DNA of 63,843 nucleotides, filler included, from Olpidium bornovanus S191 (lineage: Eukaryota > Fungi > Olpidiomycota), in the NCBI GenBank assembly GCA_017911155.1. It is 28 parts of 28 records of this genome, joined end to end, with 100 filler letters (N's around TTAATTAATTAA, not from the genome) between each part and the next. Parts side by side here need not be neighbours in the genome. Positions count along the whole stretch, not along the records: positions 11,612 to 13,005 come from JAEFCI010004046.1; positions 13,106 to 14,418 come from JAEFCI010004926.1; positions 14,519 to 17,461 come from JAEFCI010009205.1; positions 17,562 to 19,561 come from JAEFCI010012729.1; positions 19,662 to 21,039 come from JAEFCI010004634.1; positions 21,140 to 25,230 come from JAEFCI010005848.1; 22 more parts are not named here. One strand, 5' to 3'. The translations under genes were made by a program, and so were the position numbers. Under the pieces are notes generated by a model that was not told the DNA's origin, did not search any database, and was given only the letters and a program-made list of their open reading frames with translations. Positions 11,612 to 23,945 of this stretch are shown here, piece by piece (positions within the stretch are counted from its first letter, which is position 1; the number at the start of each line of letters is the position of its first letter).

Positions 11612-12707
11612 CCATGTCTGTCGCGACAGGCAGCGTTTCGCCGAGGAGCAGGTTCGGCGCCGAACACGCGTGCTCGACGACCTCTGATTAAACGCAGGAA
11701 AGATCGGAAGGTGTCACGATTGACGAGCGGGGAAGTGCACTCCCGGTGAACGATCCGCAACCGTCAACAACGGTTTTCTCACTCACGGAGTCCTAACGTG
11801 GCCGGGGGAATCAAATGTCAGCCACGTGAACCTTGACCGCCAATCGAACTCGGCATCAAAAAAAAAATCCACCGCTGTGGGGTCGATACAAACTGCGGTA
11901 CCTCTCAAAACGTCTCCCTTGGCGTCCGCGAAGGTTTTACCCTGCTCTAGGGTGATGCTTTCTGCAATCCGGTCCTTAATGCGGGAACGGCGCGCACGTT
12001 GCAAAGCAACCTGTCAAATCTGAAGCGCGAAAACCCCGCGCTGCTGAACCGCGGCTCCGAGAACGGGGAGGGAGGGGGTTGTACCCCGAGCTCCGCGATG
12101 CAACGCCTCTCCCTCCCCCCCCCTTTCCCTCTTCCCGCCCCCAACCCCTAACTCCCTCGCACTCCCAGCGGGGGCGGAGGGGCCGTTCGCGTACCATGTT
12201 CTCGCGGATCGCCAGCTGGAGGTCGAGCATCTTTCTCTGCCGGCTCAGGATCGACGTCTTCCTCCACTCAACGAACGCGGCGGAGGCCGCCCTGGAGGCG
12301 GCCGCGAGTTCCTCGGGGGTGGTCTGCGGGACACGGGTGACAAGCTCGTTCGTCGCCTTAGTGTTCCGTAAAGTGAACGGGCGGTGCAGGGGTGCACGAC
12401 GATTTTAGCCTCAGAGAGAGGAAAACAGCGCCCCACGGCCGCGCGTTCGCTAACTAAGAAACACCCTCGTTTTCTTTTTTTTCCTTTTTTTTTTTTTACC
12501 CACCGGGTTGTGCAGGTCGATCCACTCGGATGCCTTGGACTCGGCAAATTTGCCGCCGATGAAGTTCCTCGTGGCGTACATCGTCATCTCCTGCCGTGCC
12601 GGCCTTGCGGTGCGGAAGAGCCTGCGGGACGTGGCGGCGGCGTGCCGGCCGTTGGTGACGAGGACGCGCGCCCGTGCCGAGGAGGCCGCGGCCTGGACGA
12701 GTGGCAT
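11612..12707 (-). CDS. ALDH6A1: Methylmalonate-semialdehyde dehydrogenase (ALDH6 family), N-terminal part
   Basis: Exons 12707-12504 (NFIGGKFAESKASEWIDLHNP), 12356-12195 (ATNELVTRVPQTT...RQRKMLDLQ), 11974-11902 (ITLEQGKTFADAKGDVLR), 11792-11787, 11683-11612 (VVEHAC...GETL). Confidence 0.93.
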
Positions 12708-12842
12708 TCTAGCAGAGGGGGAAAAGGGCGGAAATTTTGCGTGGCGCGCGTGTTCGGAAGTCGCATTCGTCTCCGCCTCCCTTTTCCCCACCCCAGCCAC
12801 CCCAACCCCACCCCCCCCCCCCCCCTTTTTTCCCCGGGGGGG

Positions 12843-12887
<45 letters not shown>

Positions 12888-12965
12888 CTTTCTCGCCGTT
12901 TGTTTTGGCTTTTTTTTTTTACCCCCGCCCGGTCGGGCGATCACGGGACCAAGACCCGCCCCCCC

Positions 12966-12999
<34 letters not shown>

Positions 13000-13105
13000 C
13001 GGCCANNNNNNNNNNNNNNNNNNNNNNNNNNNNNNNNNNNNNNNNNNNNTTAATTAATTAANNNNNNNNNNNNNNNNNNNNNNNNNNNNNNNNNNNNNNN
13101 NNNNN

Positions 13106-14300
13106 CTGAATCGCGGACTCGCCTTGCAAACCGCTCAAGGCCGCTGACGCTCGTGACCTTGATGTGGAATCTGCGACGGAGTATCTCGGGGTCCTTCACG
13201 CCGCTGTGTTCTGCGATTCTCATGCTCAAAGGGTCGAATGGCGGCGACCGGAGCCAACCTTCTTCGTAGTCTTCGTTGCCCGACTGTAGGGCGCCCTCGA
13301 TCCACGTGGCGGTTATCGCTTCAACGGCGCGCGGACCGGCGGGGGGATTAAAAAAACCCTCGGCGTCATCAAGGAATAGCGTTCGAAGGTATGAAAGCTC
13401 GTCGGGATACTTCACGCCAAACTCGGGATCCCTTGACAACTCCATCTACGTGCGACGCGACCTTTCGCATCGTCAGCGTTGCAAGCAACGCGGGACCTGA
13501 GATCGCATAGCGCGCCGGTTCACTCCCACCGAGACCTGATACTCCAACCGAGCCTTCTTCCTCTGACTTGCAAGCGTGATCTGGTAGTCACCCATGAACT
13601 CGAGGAAGTCCTCAAAGTCCATCGCGCCGGTGCACGACGAGTCATACTTGAGCATGAACTGTCTGACATGGTCTGCTGCCACCGGCGGCCCGAAACGTAG
13701 CTGCCAAACCCCGCAACGGAAGGCCGGCTAGGTCAAAATTCCGCTGCTCGCCACAGGCGGCGACGAAGCAACATTTGGGACAGATTCCACCGGTTCTGCT
13801 GTACCATCATATCCTGCAGCTCTTTTGCGGTGATCCGCACGCTGCCGTCGCCGGCAAGGGTCCGCGCAACGGCCTCGACAATATCGCCGACGTCGGCGGC
13901 GACCAGGTGCGATGTCAGCCCTCCCAGCGGTAAAAAGGCCACCGGTCCGCCCAGATCGTCGACCTCCTTCCGCGGTCCGCTGTGGAGCGTGACGGCCTTC
14001 AGGTTGCTCAGGCTCGTCGAGATCAAGCTCTTCATGGACGCCAGGTTGCCGGCCGATGACCGTGCGTCCGCCGCCGGCCGCCTGCCCTCGGCTTCTTCCT
14101 GCGGATCTCGATCCGGCTCCGGGCGCTGCTGCTGCTTCACAGGCGCCGTGCCCCCCGCCGACCGCGTTTGCGCGGCGCGCGTGCTTGGCGCCCCTCCTGC
14201 CGGTGCCGTTGCTTTCGGCTTCTGCAGCGGGACGAAGCGAACGTTCGCGTCTTCGGCATGCTGATTGAAGACGAACCATAGTCGCCGGCACTGCAGGCGC
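13106..14300 (-). CDS. EF-hand-pair protein with an unrecognised C-terminal region, partial
   Basis: GDGSVRITAKEL and YDSSCTGAMDFEDFLEFM form an EF-hand-like pair; GTGAGT-type donor after RLEYQ; downstream frame open to the contig end. Confidence 0.55.
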
Positions 14301-14370
14301 GGCAGGCGAGATCGACGCCGGCGTCAGTCCTCGGGCGACCAGGACGCCGTACCGGAACTCAAAGTAACGG

Positions 14371-14418
<48 letters not shown>

Positions 14419-14900
14419 NNNNNNNNNNNNNNNNNNNNNNNNNNNNNNNNNNNNNNNNNNNNTTAATTAATTAANNNNNNNNNNNNNNNNNNNNNNNNNN
14501 NNNNNNNNNNNNNNNNNNCATGATGTGAAAAGGAGGAGGGGGCGTTTAAATTTTTCTGTTATTTATCTACACGGCGTTCTCCAGATTTTTGTAATTTTCT
14601 TTGATTGGAAAACAGTTAATATATTTTTGCAAATGCGAGTGTCCGAGAACTGTCACAATGGTTCATTACTGTTTGTCCCAATGTACAATGTGATTCGATT
14701 TTACGCATTTGCTTGACTGAGGATGTATCTCTGCATCCGTTGTCGGCCACGCGATGACGGGCGGCAGAAGCGCGAGGCGCGTAACGGGGGCCGCAGGCGA
14801 TGGGGGGACCTTCCGGTGTTCGGCGCGGGTGGGGCCAGCGCGGCCTGGTTACGTTAAAGGGGGAGGGGGGGGGGGCGGGGGGGGGGGGGGGGGGTTGGGG

Positions 14901-14934
<34 letters not shown>

Positions 14935-15092
14935 GGGGGAAAGGGGGGGGGGGGGGGGGGCGGTTGCGGTGTGGGGGCCCGGCAGGCGGTTGAGAGGGGA
15001 GGGAGGAGCGGACGTGCTGGGCCGGGCGTTTGGCCGGTCGCACGCGTTTTACCTCTTCAGTGAGCCTCGCAAGCTGCCGCCTGCCGCCCGCC

Positions 15093-17380
15093 ATGCCCGA
15101 GAAGGCGCCATACTACGCGCCGCCGCCGCCGCCACCGCCGCAGCGGACTCCGCAACAGTGGCCCCCTATGTACATCGACGAGCAGGCTCAGGTCGCGCCG
15201 TCTCCGCCGCCCATCCCCCCTCCCAGGTCTGGGGGTTATGGGTATGCGCCAGAAGCGCACTCAAGTGGCGGAGGCCCAAGCCGCTCGCCACTCCTTTCGC
15301 GACACGGCAGCAGGCCGCCATCCCCGCCGTTTCCCGGCGGCGGACATAGCGGGACAGATTTCTCTGTGATTGTCGAAGGACTCAAGTTTCTCTACAAGTA
15401 AGTGGTGGTAGGGCGTGGACCCGGCAGACGGTGCCCGAGAACGTGCCACCCCAAGCCGATGCTGCATGACAACCCCCACGAAACGAACATCGCGTTCTTC
15501 TGTCGTGAATCAGAATCGCGCGTCCTGAACTTGACCGACGGACTGCCTCGTGGGACTCACGGGTGTGTCTTTGGCAAAATCGTCCTCTAGGAATAAGATC
15601 AAGCTGCTGGAAACAACTTACAACTTCGAATCGTAATCTTCGTGGAGATTCACGCTTGCTCCTACGTCGTGTGGTGGCTTTCTGACGTCGATGGCGCGTC
15701 GTGTATCGGCAGGTTTCACTCGCCGTGCCTGACAGAAAGCGAGATATCTGCAAAGCCTATTGTGATGTTGATAGGGCAATACTCCGTCGGAAAAAGTTGT
15801 ATTCCGCCTGAACTGCGCATATTCTGGCGGTGCACGCCCCTCTTGTCGTGCTGACAGGTTGCCTGCCGGAAAATGAAAACCAGGTTCTTTTATCCGGTAC
15901 ATCCTCGAAAGGTATTATGTCGATTCGTCATCGAGAAACGGGGATGACTATTTCACCTAATTTTTCTGAGATGATCCTTTTGCCCTCCAGAGACTACCCT
16001 GGAATACACATAGGTGAGAGATGTTTTCGCAGAATACTTTTAGCCATTTCTAGAGTACCGGAGCATCCTAACAGATGCGGCCAAACAGGGCCAGAGCCGA
16101 CGACAGACAGGTTTGTCGCCGTCATGTCTGGAACGGACGAGCAGGTGAGGGATCCGACATTTGTTACTGGACACCGATGTCAACTCGAATTCTTCCTTTC
16201 TAACGTGGCATTGTGACGAACATCCGCAAGGTCATACCGGGCAACGCGGCGGCGGTCTCCAGCGAGCTGCCCTTTCGGGGGCTGAATAGGTTTGGCACCG
16301 CGTTCCTCAGTAGGTTTCAGGTATAGTTTTTGGCACGTTCACGATTGCGGAGTTTGCATTTGTACCGTGCGATGTAGGAGAGGAGATGATGCCAAAGGGT
16401 AGGCTGTTTATGTCGTCTAACAATTACCACCGTAGGTGTCCAAAATGCCCTGTTCCCTGCTAGACAATATAACATTGATCGATACTCCGGGCATACTCTC
16501 TGGCGACAAGCAGCGGTTGGATCGTGGCTATGACATGACAGAGGTGCTTGGGCATTTTGCCGAGCGAGCGGACCTTATGTGAGCATTTCACCCATAATAT
16601 CCGCCCGATCCGATTTCAGCTGTCTTCCCACCGCCCTAACCGTCATGCGGTCCGCAGCCTTTGTTGTTTCGACTGCCACAAGCTTGACATCAGCGACGAG
16701 TTTAAGGATGCTCTCAGAGTGTTAAGAGGAAGCGAAGAGAAGGTGTGTGCGGCGCCCGCTTTGAGTTGTACGGCGTTCCCATGCTGGTGCTCAGCGTAGA
16801 TCAGTTTTCTTTTGGCAGATCCGCGTTGTACTCAACAAGGCTGACGCCGTCAGCGGACAGCAGCTACTGAGAGTATACGGAGCTCTGATGTGGTCGCTTG
16901 GCAGGGTAAACCAAATAACTTTAGAGATGTTAAGCCCCGTGTTCACGGGCTCGCGCATTTTGCATTTAATGTTTAAATTGAACGCGTTCCTGCATTTCAG
17001 GTCATCCAAAACCCGGAAGTTATGTAAGCTAAATGGTCCATGCGATCAACGGCGTTCCGGCCCTGGAGTCGTTTGACAGCGGTGCCGTCCCCTTTCGCAA
17101 ACGTTATAATGATAGCCGAGTTTATATCGGCTCGTAAGTACTTTTAAGGAGCTGAAAAGCTCATCTGGGGTCTGCGTTGCTGATTTCTGTCGTGTTGTCT
17201 AGGTTTTGGGAGCGGCCACTGCAGTGCCCGGAAACGAAAGCACTTTTGGAAGCTGAGCAGCGCGACCTGCTGCGCGATCTTCGGGAACTGCCTGGTAACT
17301 CGGCGGTTCGGAAGCTCAATGAAATTGTCAAGCGGGCTAGGCTGGCCAAGGTCCACGCCTTCATAATTGGACATTTGAAG
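15093..17380 (+). CDS. EHD1: EH-domain dynamin-like ATPase (EHD/Past1/RME-1), multi-exon, 3' incomplete
   Basis: P-loop [75 protein letters not shown], assembled over more than 12 exons. Confidence 0.95.
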
Positions 17381-17979
17381 GTACAGAAGGGCTTCTCTTT
17401 CGCCTTTTGCTACTCAATAAATGCGGTTTGACCGTTCCCCGGGTTTTCCGGTTTCGCATGGNNNNNNNNNNNNNNNNNNNNNNNNNNNNNNNNNNNNNNN
17501 NNNNNTTAATTAATTAANNNNNNNNNNNNNNNNNNNNNNNNNNNNNNNNNNNNNNNNNNNNGCAGGGAGGACCGGCGATATGGCGAAGACGTGTTTTAGA
17601 AGGAAAACGGATCTCTATGCATTCCGAAAAAAAAAAAGCAGATTCTTGGGGGTGGGGAGGGGTGGGGTGGGGGGGGGGCAGGCGGCGGGGGGGGGGGGGG
17701 GGGAGGGAGAAGTTGTGCGATTAGAAAACGAGAAAAAAAAAGGCAGGGTTATTGGGCGCCAGGGGAAAAACTGCGGTTTTTGAATGTATAATAAAGAGCG
17801 GAGATCGCGCTTGTGGAAAAGGGGCAGGGAGGACCGGCGATATGGCGAAGACGTGTTTTAGAAGGAAAACGGATCTCTATGCATTCCGAAAAAAAAAAAG
17901 CAGATTCTTGGGGGTGGGGAGGGGTGGGGTGGGGTGAGGGGAGGCGGGAAACTGCGCCGATGTACAACGGCCGACGCGG

Positions 17980-19561
17980 CTACCGGCTACCGTCTCCGTA
18001 GAAAGCGACGGGCTGCTGCAAGTCCACGATGGGCCGCGTCGTGACGCTCCACCTGCCGCGGCTGGCGGCCGCCATTCTCGAAAGCGCTGCCGGGCTGACG
18101 TCCTTGCACTGGCTGGCGTTTAGGGACCGCAGCGACAAGAAGTGGTACCGCTGTTTTTGCTCCGGCGCGGCGGCGGCCGCAGCTTCGGGTTCATCGGGAG
18201 CCGCCGCGCCCGGCGGCGGCGGCGGCTGCGCCGCCCCCTCTTCCGCGCTGAGGACGACGGCGCTCAGCCCCGCCTCGGTGACGCGGTTGCAGCCGCGGAG
18301 CCCCAGGGCCTCGAGCTTCCGCAAGCCGCGCGCGAGCTTCCGCAGGCTCGAGTCGGACACGGCCATGCCGCAGAATGACAGGTCCAGGGCGGTCAGGTTC
18401 GGCATTCCGTTCGCGAGGACGCCGGCCGCCGCCTCCGTCAGCGCGCAGCAGAACGAGAGCGAAAAGCGTCGCAGGTTGCTGCAGGACGCGGCGATGCTCG
18501 TTATGGAGGCGTCGGTGAGGAAGCTGCAGTCTGACCCGCGCGTTACAAAAAAAGAGGCGCCGCGCGTCTTCTGTTTCAGTTCCGACGGTCCAAACCCGTG
18601 CGCGGAGCGGGGGAAAAACGCGGGATCAAACGCTGGCGGACTCGCAAAACAAAAAAAAAAAAAAAAAAAAAAAAAACCGCGACGGGCGGGTGGTGCGCCG
18701 GCCTGGGAGTACCTGATAATATTAACTCCTCCATCGCCCAGGGCTCCTCCCTTGGCGGATTTCCGCCGGGCGCAAAGACTTCCATCTCGGCCTCCGCCTC
18801 CGCATCCGCCTCCGGGGCCCCCGCGTCTTCTTCTCCGCCGACATCCGCAAGGGCTGGTGCCGGCGACGGCACTGCCGGAGCCCAGTGCGCGAAGCCCGCG
18901 TCCCATATTCCCGTGCACCTCTGCAGGTTCAACCGTTTCACGCGGCACCAGGTCGCCCTTCCTCCCGCGAAAATGTCTCCGGTCAACCCCTTGCAGTAAC
19001 CCAGCCGGATGTCCTCGATGTTCGGGCAGCCGGCCATGAGGGCGAGGATCGCGGCAGTGTCGATCTTGCGGCAATTGGACAGATCGATGCTTCGCAGCCC
19101 GGGGGCGTTGCGGAGGCTGGCCAGGCCAGGACCGGAGGCGTCCCAGCAGCCCTGGATGTCGAGGAAGCGGAGGTGCGGAAGCGCCGGCCCCAGGGTCGCA
19201 ATGCCGCGGTTCGTGAGAGACCAGCAGTTGCGCAGCGAAAGGCCCAGCGGCCGCCGCGGCGCCTCGGAGCGCCCCGGCGCGCGGAGCGCCGCTGAGTGGA
19301 AGTTGGCCGAAAGCGGCGGGCTCGGGGCCACGGTTGCCGAGGAGCACGAGGTGCCGTCGGCGCCCGCCTCGTACGAGGATTTCAGCCCGGGAAGAACCCA
19401 GGTAACCAAGATGCTGATCAGGGTATCGTCGTCGATTCGCTTGTGAAACGGGGACAGGTCCAAAGACACAGGAACCAATTGCGACGGGTGAGCCTCCAGG
19501 AACGCCAGGCAGTCCCTTGACACGCGTCGAAAGGCGACCAGCGATATGAGCGGCAGCATGC
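17980..19561 (-). CDS. Cys-containing leucine-rich-repeat protein (F-box/LRR, Grr1/FBXL-like), partial
   Basis: Repeated LxxLxLxxCxxlTd units (LSLRNCWSLTN, LDIQGC, IDLSNCRKID, IRLGYCKGLT, LNLQRCTGI, LDLSFCGMAVSD, LGLRGCNRVTE); one intron near 18540-18710. The F-box itself is not in the contig. Confidence 0.8.
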
Positions 19562-19661
19562 NNNNNNNNNNNNNNNNNNNNNNNNNNNNNNNNNNNNNNN
19601 NNNNNTTAATTAATTAANNNNNNNNNNNNNNNNNNNNNNNNNNNNNNNNNNNNNNNNNNNN

Positions 19662-20844
19662 CATGGAATTGGGCGACCCGGTCACCCTGAGTTGCGAGAA
19701 GACGGATCTTGTGGCGGAGATAGACTTTAAGACGAAGGTGGTGATAAGCGTTGTGTCTTTTGCCCATTCCGGTTTATTCTGCGTCTGCGTTGTTTTGGAG
19801 ACTTCGCGCCGGCCCTTCCTCCCTTAAGCGTCGCTGACGTGGGTTTGTTTCCAAGGGCTTCTTCTCTGGTTCGTATAACCATATCGGGGGGAAGGTGAAG
19901 CGGATTTCGACGGGCGAGATCTTATCCGAGCTCAGCGGGAAGTGGACCGACGTTATGTACATAAAAAGGGTACCGTTGACTCCCTCGAAAGCGAAACGCT
20001 CTCCATCCGGTTGCTGAGCCTCTCTTCTGAGTAACTTGTTCTTTCCCCCCACCGTTCCAGGGCGGTCAACAAGAGGTGTTTTTCGACGCCCACGATACCC
20101 CGATCTGCGCGAAGATTGTCGCGCGGGAGGATCAGCAGCACTGGAACGAGTCTCGAAAGTAGGCGCGTCCGCTTCCCCGCTTCATCTTTGCTTTGTGCTA
20201 CCCGGAGCTTCCGCGATTTCTTCAGGGGTTCGTGGGCGCGGGGGGGTGAGGGTGGAAGGGGTCAGGAATGGGAGAGGGAGGAGAAGGGACGTAAAAAAAA
20301 AAAGCGTTCTTGACGCCGTGCATGTAAACGTATTCGCAGACTGTGGTCCAAGGTGACGGCGGCGATCGTGTCGCGAAACCTTGAACTCGCGACGGAGGAG
20401 AAGTCCAAGATCGAGGACGCGCAGCGCCACGTGGCCAAGGAGCGCGAGGCGGAGGGAATAGACTGGAAATCCAAGTACTTCGTGCCCGTCGGCAACGAGT
20501 GGCGGTTTCGGTTGCACCAGTGAGTGGTGGCGGCGAGAGGGGGGAGGGAGGGGAGGGCGGTTCTTTTCCCCGCGTTTCTTTCTCTGCTTTGGTGTTCGGT
20601 TGGACGGGCGATGAAAGAGGCCAACGAGCGTTGACGGAGAAAAGGGACTGACGTACGCGTCCTTGCCCCCCCATTTTCTACCTCTACCCGGATACCCCTC
20701 CGCACTCGCCGACCTTCCGACATACACGGCAGCACGCACAACGGGAAGTTGCCCGCAGACCCGGCGAAGGCGAAGCAGGAGATAATGGACATTATCTGGT
20801 CGGCTGACACGCCCGAGATACCTGCCCAGCATCGCGAGACGTGA
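19662..20844 (+). CDS. Oxysterol-binding protein family (Osh6/7-like), C-terminal part
   Basis: IDFKTK|GFFSG, LSGKWTD, ESRKLWSKVT, ATEEKSKIEDAQR, WKSKYF are OSBP-domain motifs. Confidence 0.88.
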
Positions 20845-22713
20845 TGAATATGGAGATGTTTTTCTGGTCGTGCTGTTTGGAGTTTCGCATATGTGGGATA
20901 GTGCTTATCTCATCTCTCTCCGCTCGCTCTCTTCTCACATCTACACAACTGCAACAAAAAAAGAAAAATAATAATGGCAAATTGGGAGGAAAAAACGATC
21001 CCCGCACTTAAATTCCTCCCGATATTATCATACCCCATGNNNNNNNNNNNNNNNNNNNNNNNNNNNNNNNNNNNNNNNNNNNNTTAATTAATTAANNNNN
21101 NNNNNNNNNNNNNNNNNNNNNNNNNNNNNNNNNNNNNNNCCCCTGCCAAACCTAAACGTGCTGCGTCAACGGCGCGGTTTAACCTGCAGATCACACTTCG
21201 TCATCATGCGGCTGGCGGGGAACGAGCTAGGAAGGAGTTTAAGACCTGGTCAGACAAAATCTAACGAGGACGGACGGGGATTGGCAGAATTGAAAAGGGG
21301 GAAGGGGGGAAGGGGGGAAGGGTGGGCTAGCAGGGCTAGGGGAAGGGTGTCAGGGGGCAGGGGCCCGGGGACACGGAGCACCGTCCCAGAGCTGCTTGAA
21401 CTGTGGGAGAGACTATGGAAGATATAACAGGGAGGTCGAAGGGCGTGCTCGTTCATGGTGCGTACACCCTTGGCGAGATGGAAAGACACCCGCAGTTCCC
21501 GCAGTTCTGGCATTCCCCGCAGCTCGCCCATCAGTCTCAGCCAGAGACCGGCTCCGGCTCGTCTGAAGACCGACAAGGACGCCAACCGAGCCAACTGCCC
21601 TCATCCCCGCCTATCCCGCCGTCCCTCCCTCCGCCGATTATCATCGTGCCTGGTCCCTTCGCATTTTAGCGGCAAGCCGCTAACCCCTTTGCCAACAGGC
21701 GGCCGGAACCGGTCCATCAGCGCGGACCTACCTAAATGTTTTGCCGAACCAAAAACGCGCTGTTTTCGACCCGCGGAGACATTTGCGGAGAACCCTTGGT
21801 TTTCGGACGAAAAACAGGGTGCAAAGCTGAACCCCGGCGGCGAATGCTGCCCGACTGCAGCGGTGGGGGGTTGGCTTTTTTGATGGCCGTCGCCTTTGCG
21901 GCCTAAAAGGATCCTCCGTGGTTCAAAGATGCCGCGGTCGCGCAAGGTGTGGACGAACCGGTCGAGAGGTCCGGCGCAGAATGTGCACTGGTCAAAAAAA
22001 AAAAAAAAAAAACCAAAATACCAAAGCCGAGAGCCGTTTCGTACTTGTGCCATAAGCCGGTCAAAGTACGTAAACGTGAATCACGTTCGCTGGCGTGCAC
22101 GCGGCATAAAATATAATTCGTGCTTCGAGTCCAGTTGAGTGCAGGTGTGAGATAAGAAAAAAAAAAGAAGAAAGCGGAGGGGGGTGCGGCGGTTGATAGC
22201 GAGCGGACATTTTTTGCACATCCATCACGAAGCGCGCCATTGGCAGGAAAGATACCGCGTGTCTCTTCTTAGAAACCACCCGAGGCCCATCACCGCCGCT
22301 GCTACCTGCTGTTCGCGCTTGTCGGTCGCTGCGTCGCTGTCGGAGCCAAAGTTCGCCCAGACGTAAAGCGGGACGTGCGAGTACGGCTGCGCTTTGAACG
22401 TCCGCGCGTGACGCAACGTGGTACCTCTGATTGGCGTTCTCTTCACGGGGCCGGCGCTTTGTCCTCAGGAACATCGAGGCTCGTCTCGGCTCACTTAACA
22501 CTCCGCCATAAAACGAAACTCGCCCGTCAATCCGCACTCCGGCCGTCCGACGTACGTCGCGCACGCGGTGAGCTGGCCGTTACGAGGATCGCAACAGCCG
22601 GTCTATCTCGAAAGCTCCACTCCTCTCAAGTCAGACGCGCGGCGAAACGCAGGAAAATCTGAAAGTGTATATTAAACCTGGGCGTGGAGGCAAGAAGCGT
22701 ACCTGGGAGGTAC

Positions 22714-23453
22714 CTAGACTCTCTCCATCACTTCCATAATTACAACGGAATTGCCACGGATGATCTGCCAAGCGGTACGCAACAAAAGGGGATGACCTCT
22801 GGTCAGTAGGCCGCTTCGAATTGACGTCTCAGAGTCGCCGTGGGCGAACGCAGCGGGGGAAGGGAGTTGGGGGGAGGGGTGGGGGATTCAGGCCAGGACG
22901 CCTCTTATGCCGCGGAAGTGGACGCTGCGGTCCTTCCACGCTTCGCCGGCGCGTGCTGCTCCCTCGACTGCGCGGCCACGCAATTATCGCGCTCCGTCGC
23001 AGCATACTCGTCCAGGACTCTTTGCAGCATCTCAACCTGCAGAGCGCCTCTCGGCACCAGCGCGGTCTCCTCCGGCCGTAACGGCGGCGCCGCCGGAAAA
23101 AGCGCGGCGTCTAACGCATTCGTCCGAAAACCAAGCCGTCCCCCCCATTTGAGGGAAACCCTACTCACCACCATGCCGATGTTATGCTTCTCACTCGGCG
23201 ACAGCTCCTCGACTGCGTCGTCCACAACAAGGTTCATGAAGGGGTCGTACCCGCGCAGGACGCCCGTCAGCCTGCGCTGGCCGTTCAGCTGGATAAACAG
23301 CCGCTTGTCCATGTACCTTGCGCCGCCAGACGCCGTCAGCTCTCCGCGTCAGCTTCCGCCCCGCAGTACCCCGCCAGCGCGGACCAACGCGGCTCCCGCG
23401 CCCCGTCCTCTCCCCTCTTACTTCTTCAGCTCGGGCGTGGCTGTCTTGCTCAT
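22714..23453 (-). CDS. SMX2: Spliceosomal Sm protein G
   Basis: Exons 23453-23422, 23316-23169 and 22764-22714 give MSKTATPELKKYMDKRL...LRGYDPFMNLV...IGMVIIRGNSVVIMEVMERV*. Confidence 0.95.
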
Positions 23454-23945
23454 GGCTTCGGGCGGGCGCGCTGCTTTTTGGATGGGCACAGAGCGTCGAG
23501 AGAAAGAGGCCGCTGCTGGTCTGGGAGAGGGCGGGCCGGCCGTCCGGTTGTTGGGTTACTTTCCGACCCTATAATTCACCGCACACCCCCTTCCCCTTCC
23601 CGCCGGTTCCAAGGAGAAGAAAGGGGGAGGGGGGGGGGGGGGGTTCCAGCGGCTGTCACGTGACCATCCTGTCGCCGGCACGCACGTGCGTCTTCCCCCC
23701 CAGGTCTTCCCCCCCCCCCGCTCCCTCGCCCGCTCGGCACAGAAAAAAAAAAGTTTTCTTCTTCGCCCTCTCACGCGACCACAAACCGCAGAGGCGGGCT
23801 CAAGTCGCACAGCCGCCGGTCGGACCCACGGCACCCGCGCGACCGGCCGCGCCCGCCGCCTGCCCATCTGCCGCAGGCCCGGATCGCCCGCTTGAAACAC
23901 AACGTCCGCCGGCCGCCCAGCAAAAGGGCGGCGGCGCCTCGAGGG
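23454..23945. promoter_or_regulatory. Divergent promoter between SmG and VPS51 with a GTCACGTGAC E-box (23655-23664)
   Basis: Head-to-head start codons about 490 nt apart; palindromic CACGTG motif. Confidence 0.55.

Noticed and set aside
17562-17934. About 110-bp exact direct repeat (17562 and 17824, offset 262)
   Set aside because: One copy starts at the contig edge and ends in G homopolymers; most likely an assembly artefact.
21140-22670. Short protein-like frames on the minus strand
   Set aside because: No consistent exon chain or recognisable motif could be built.
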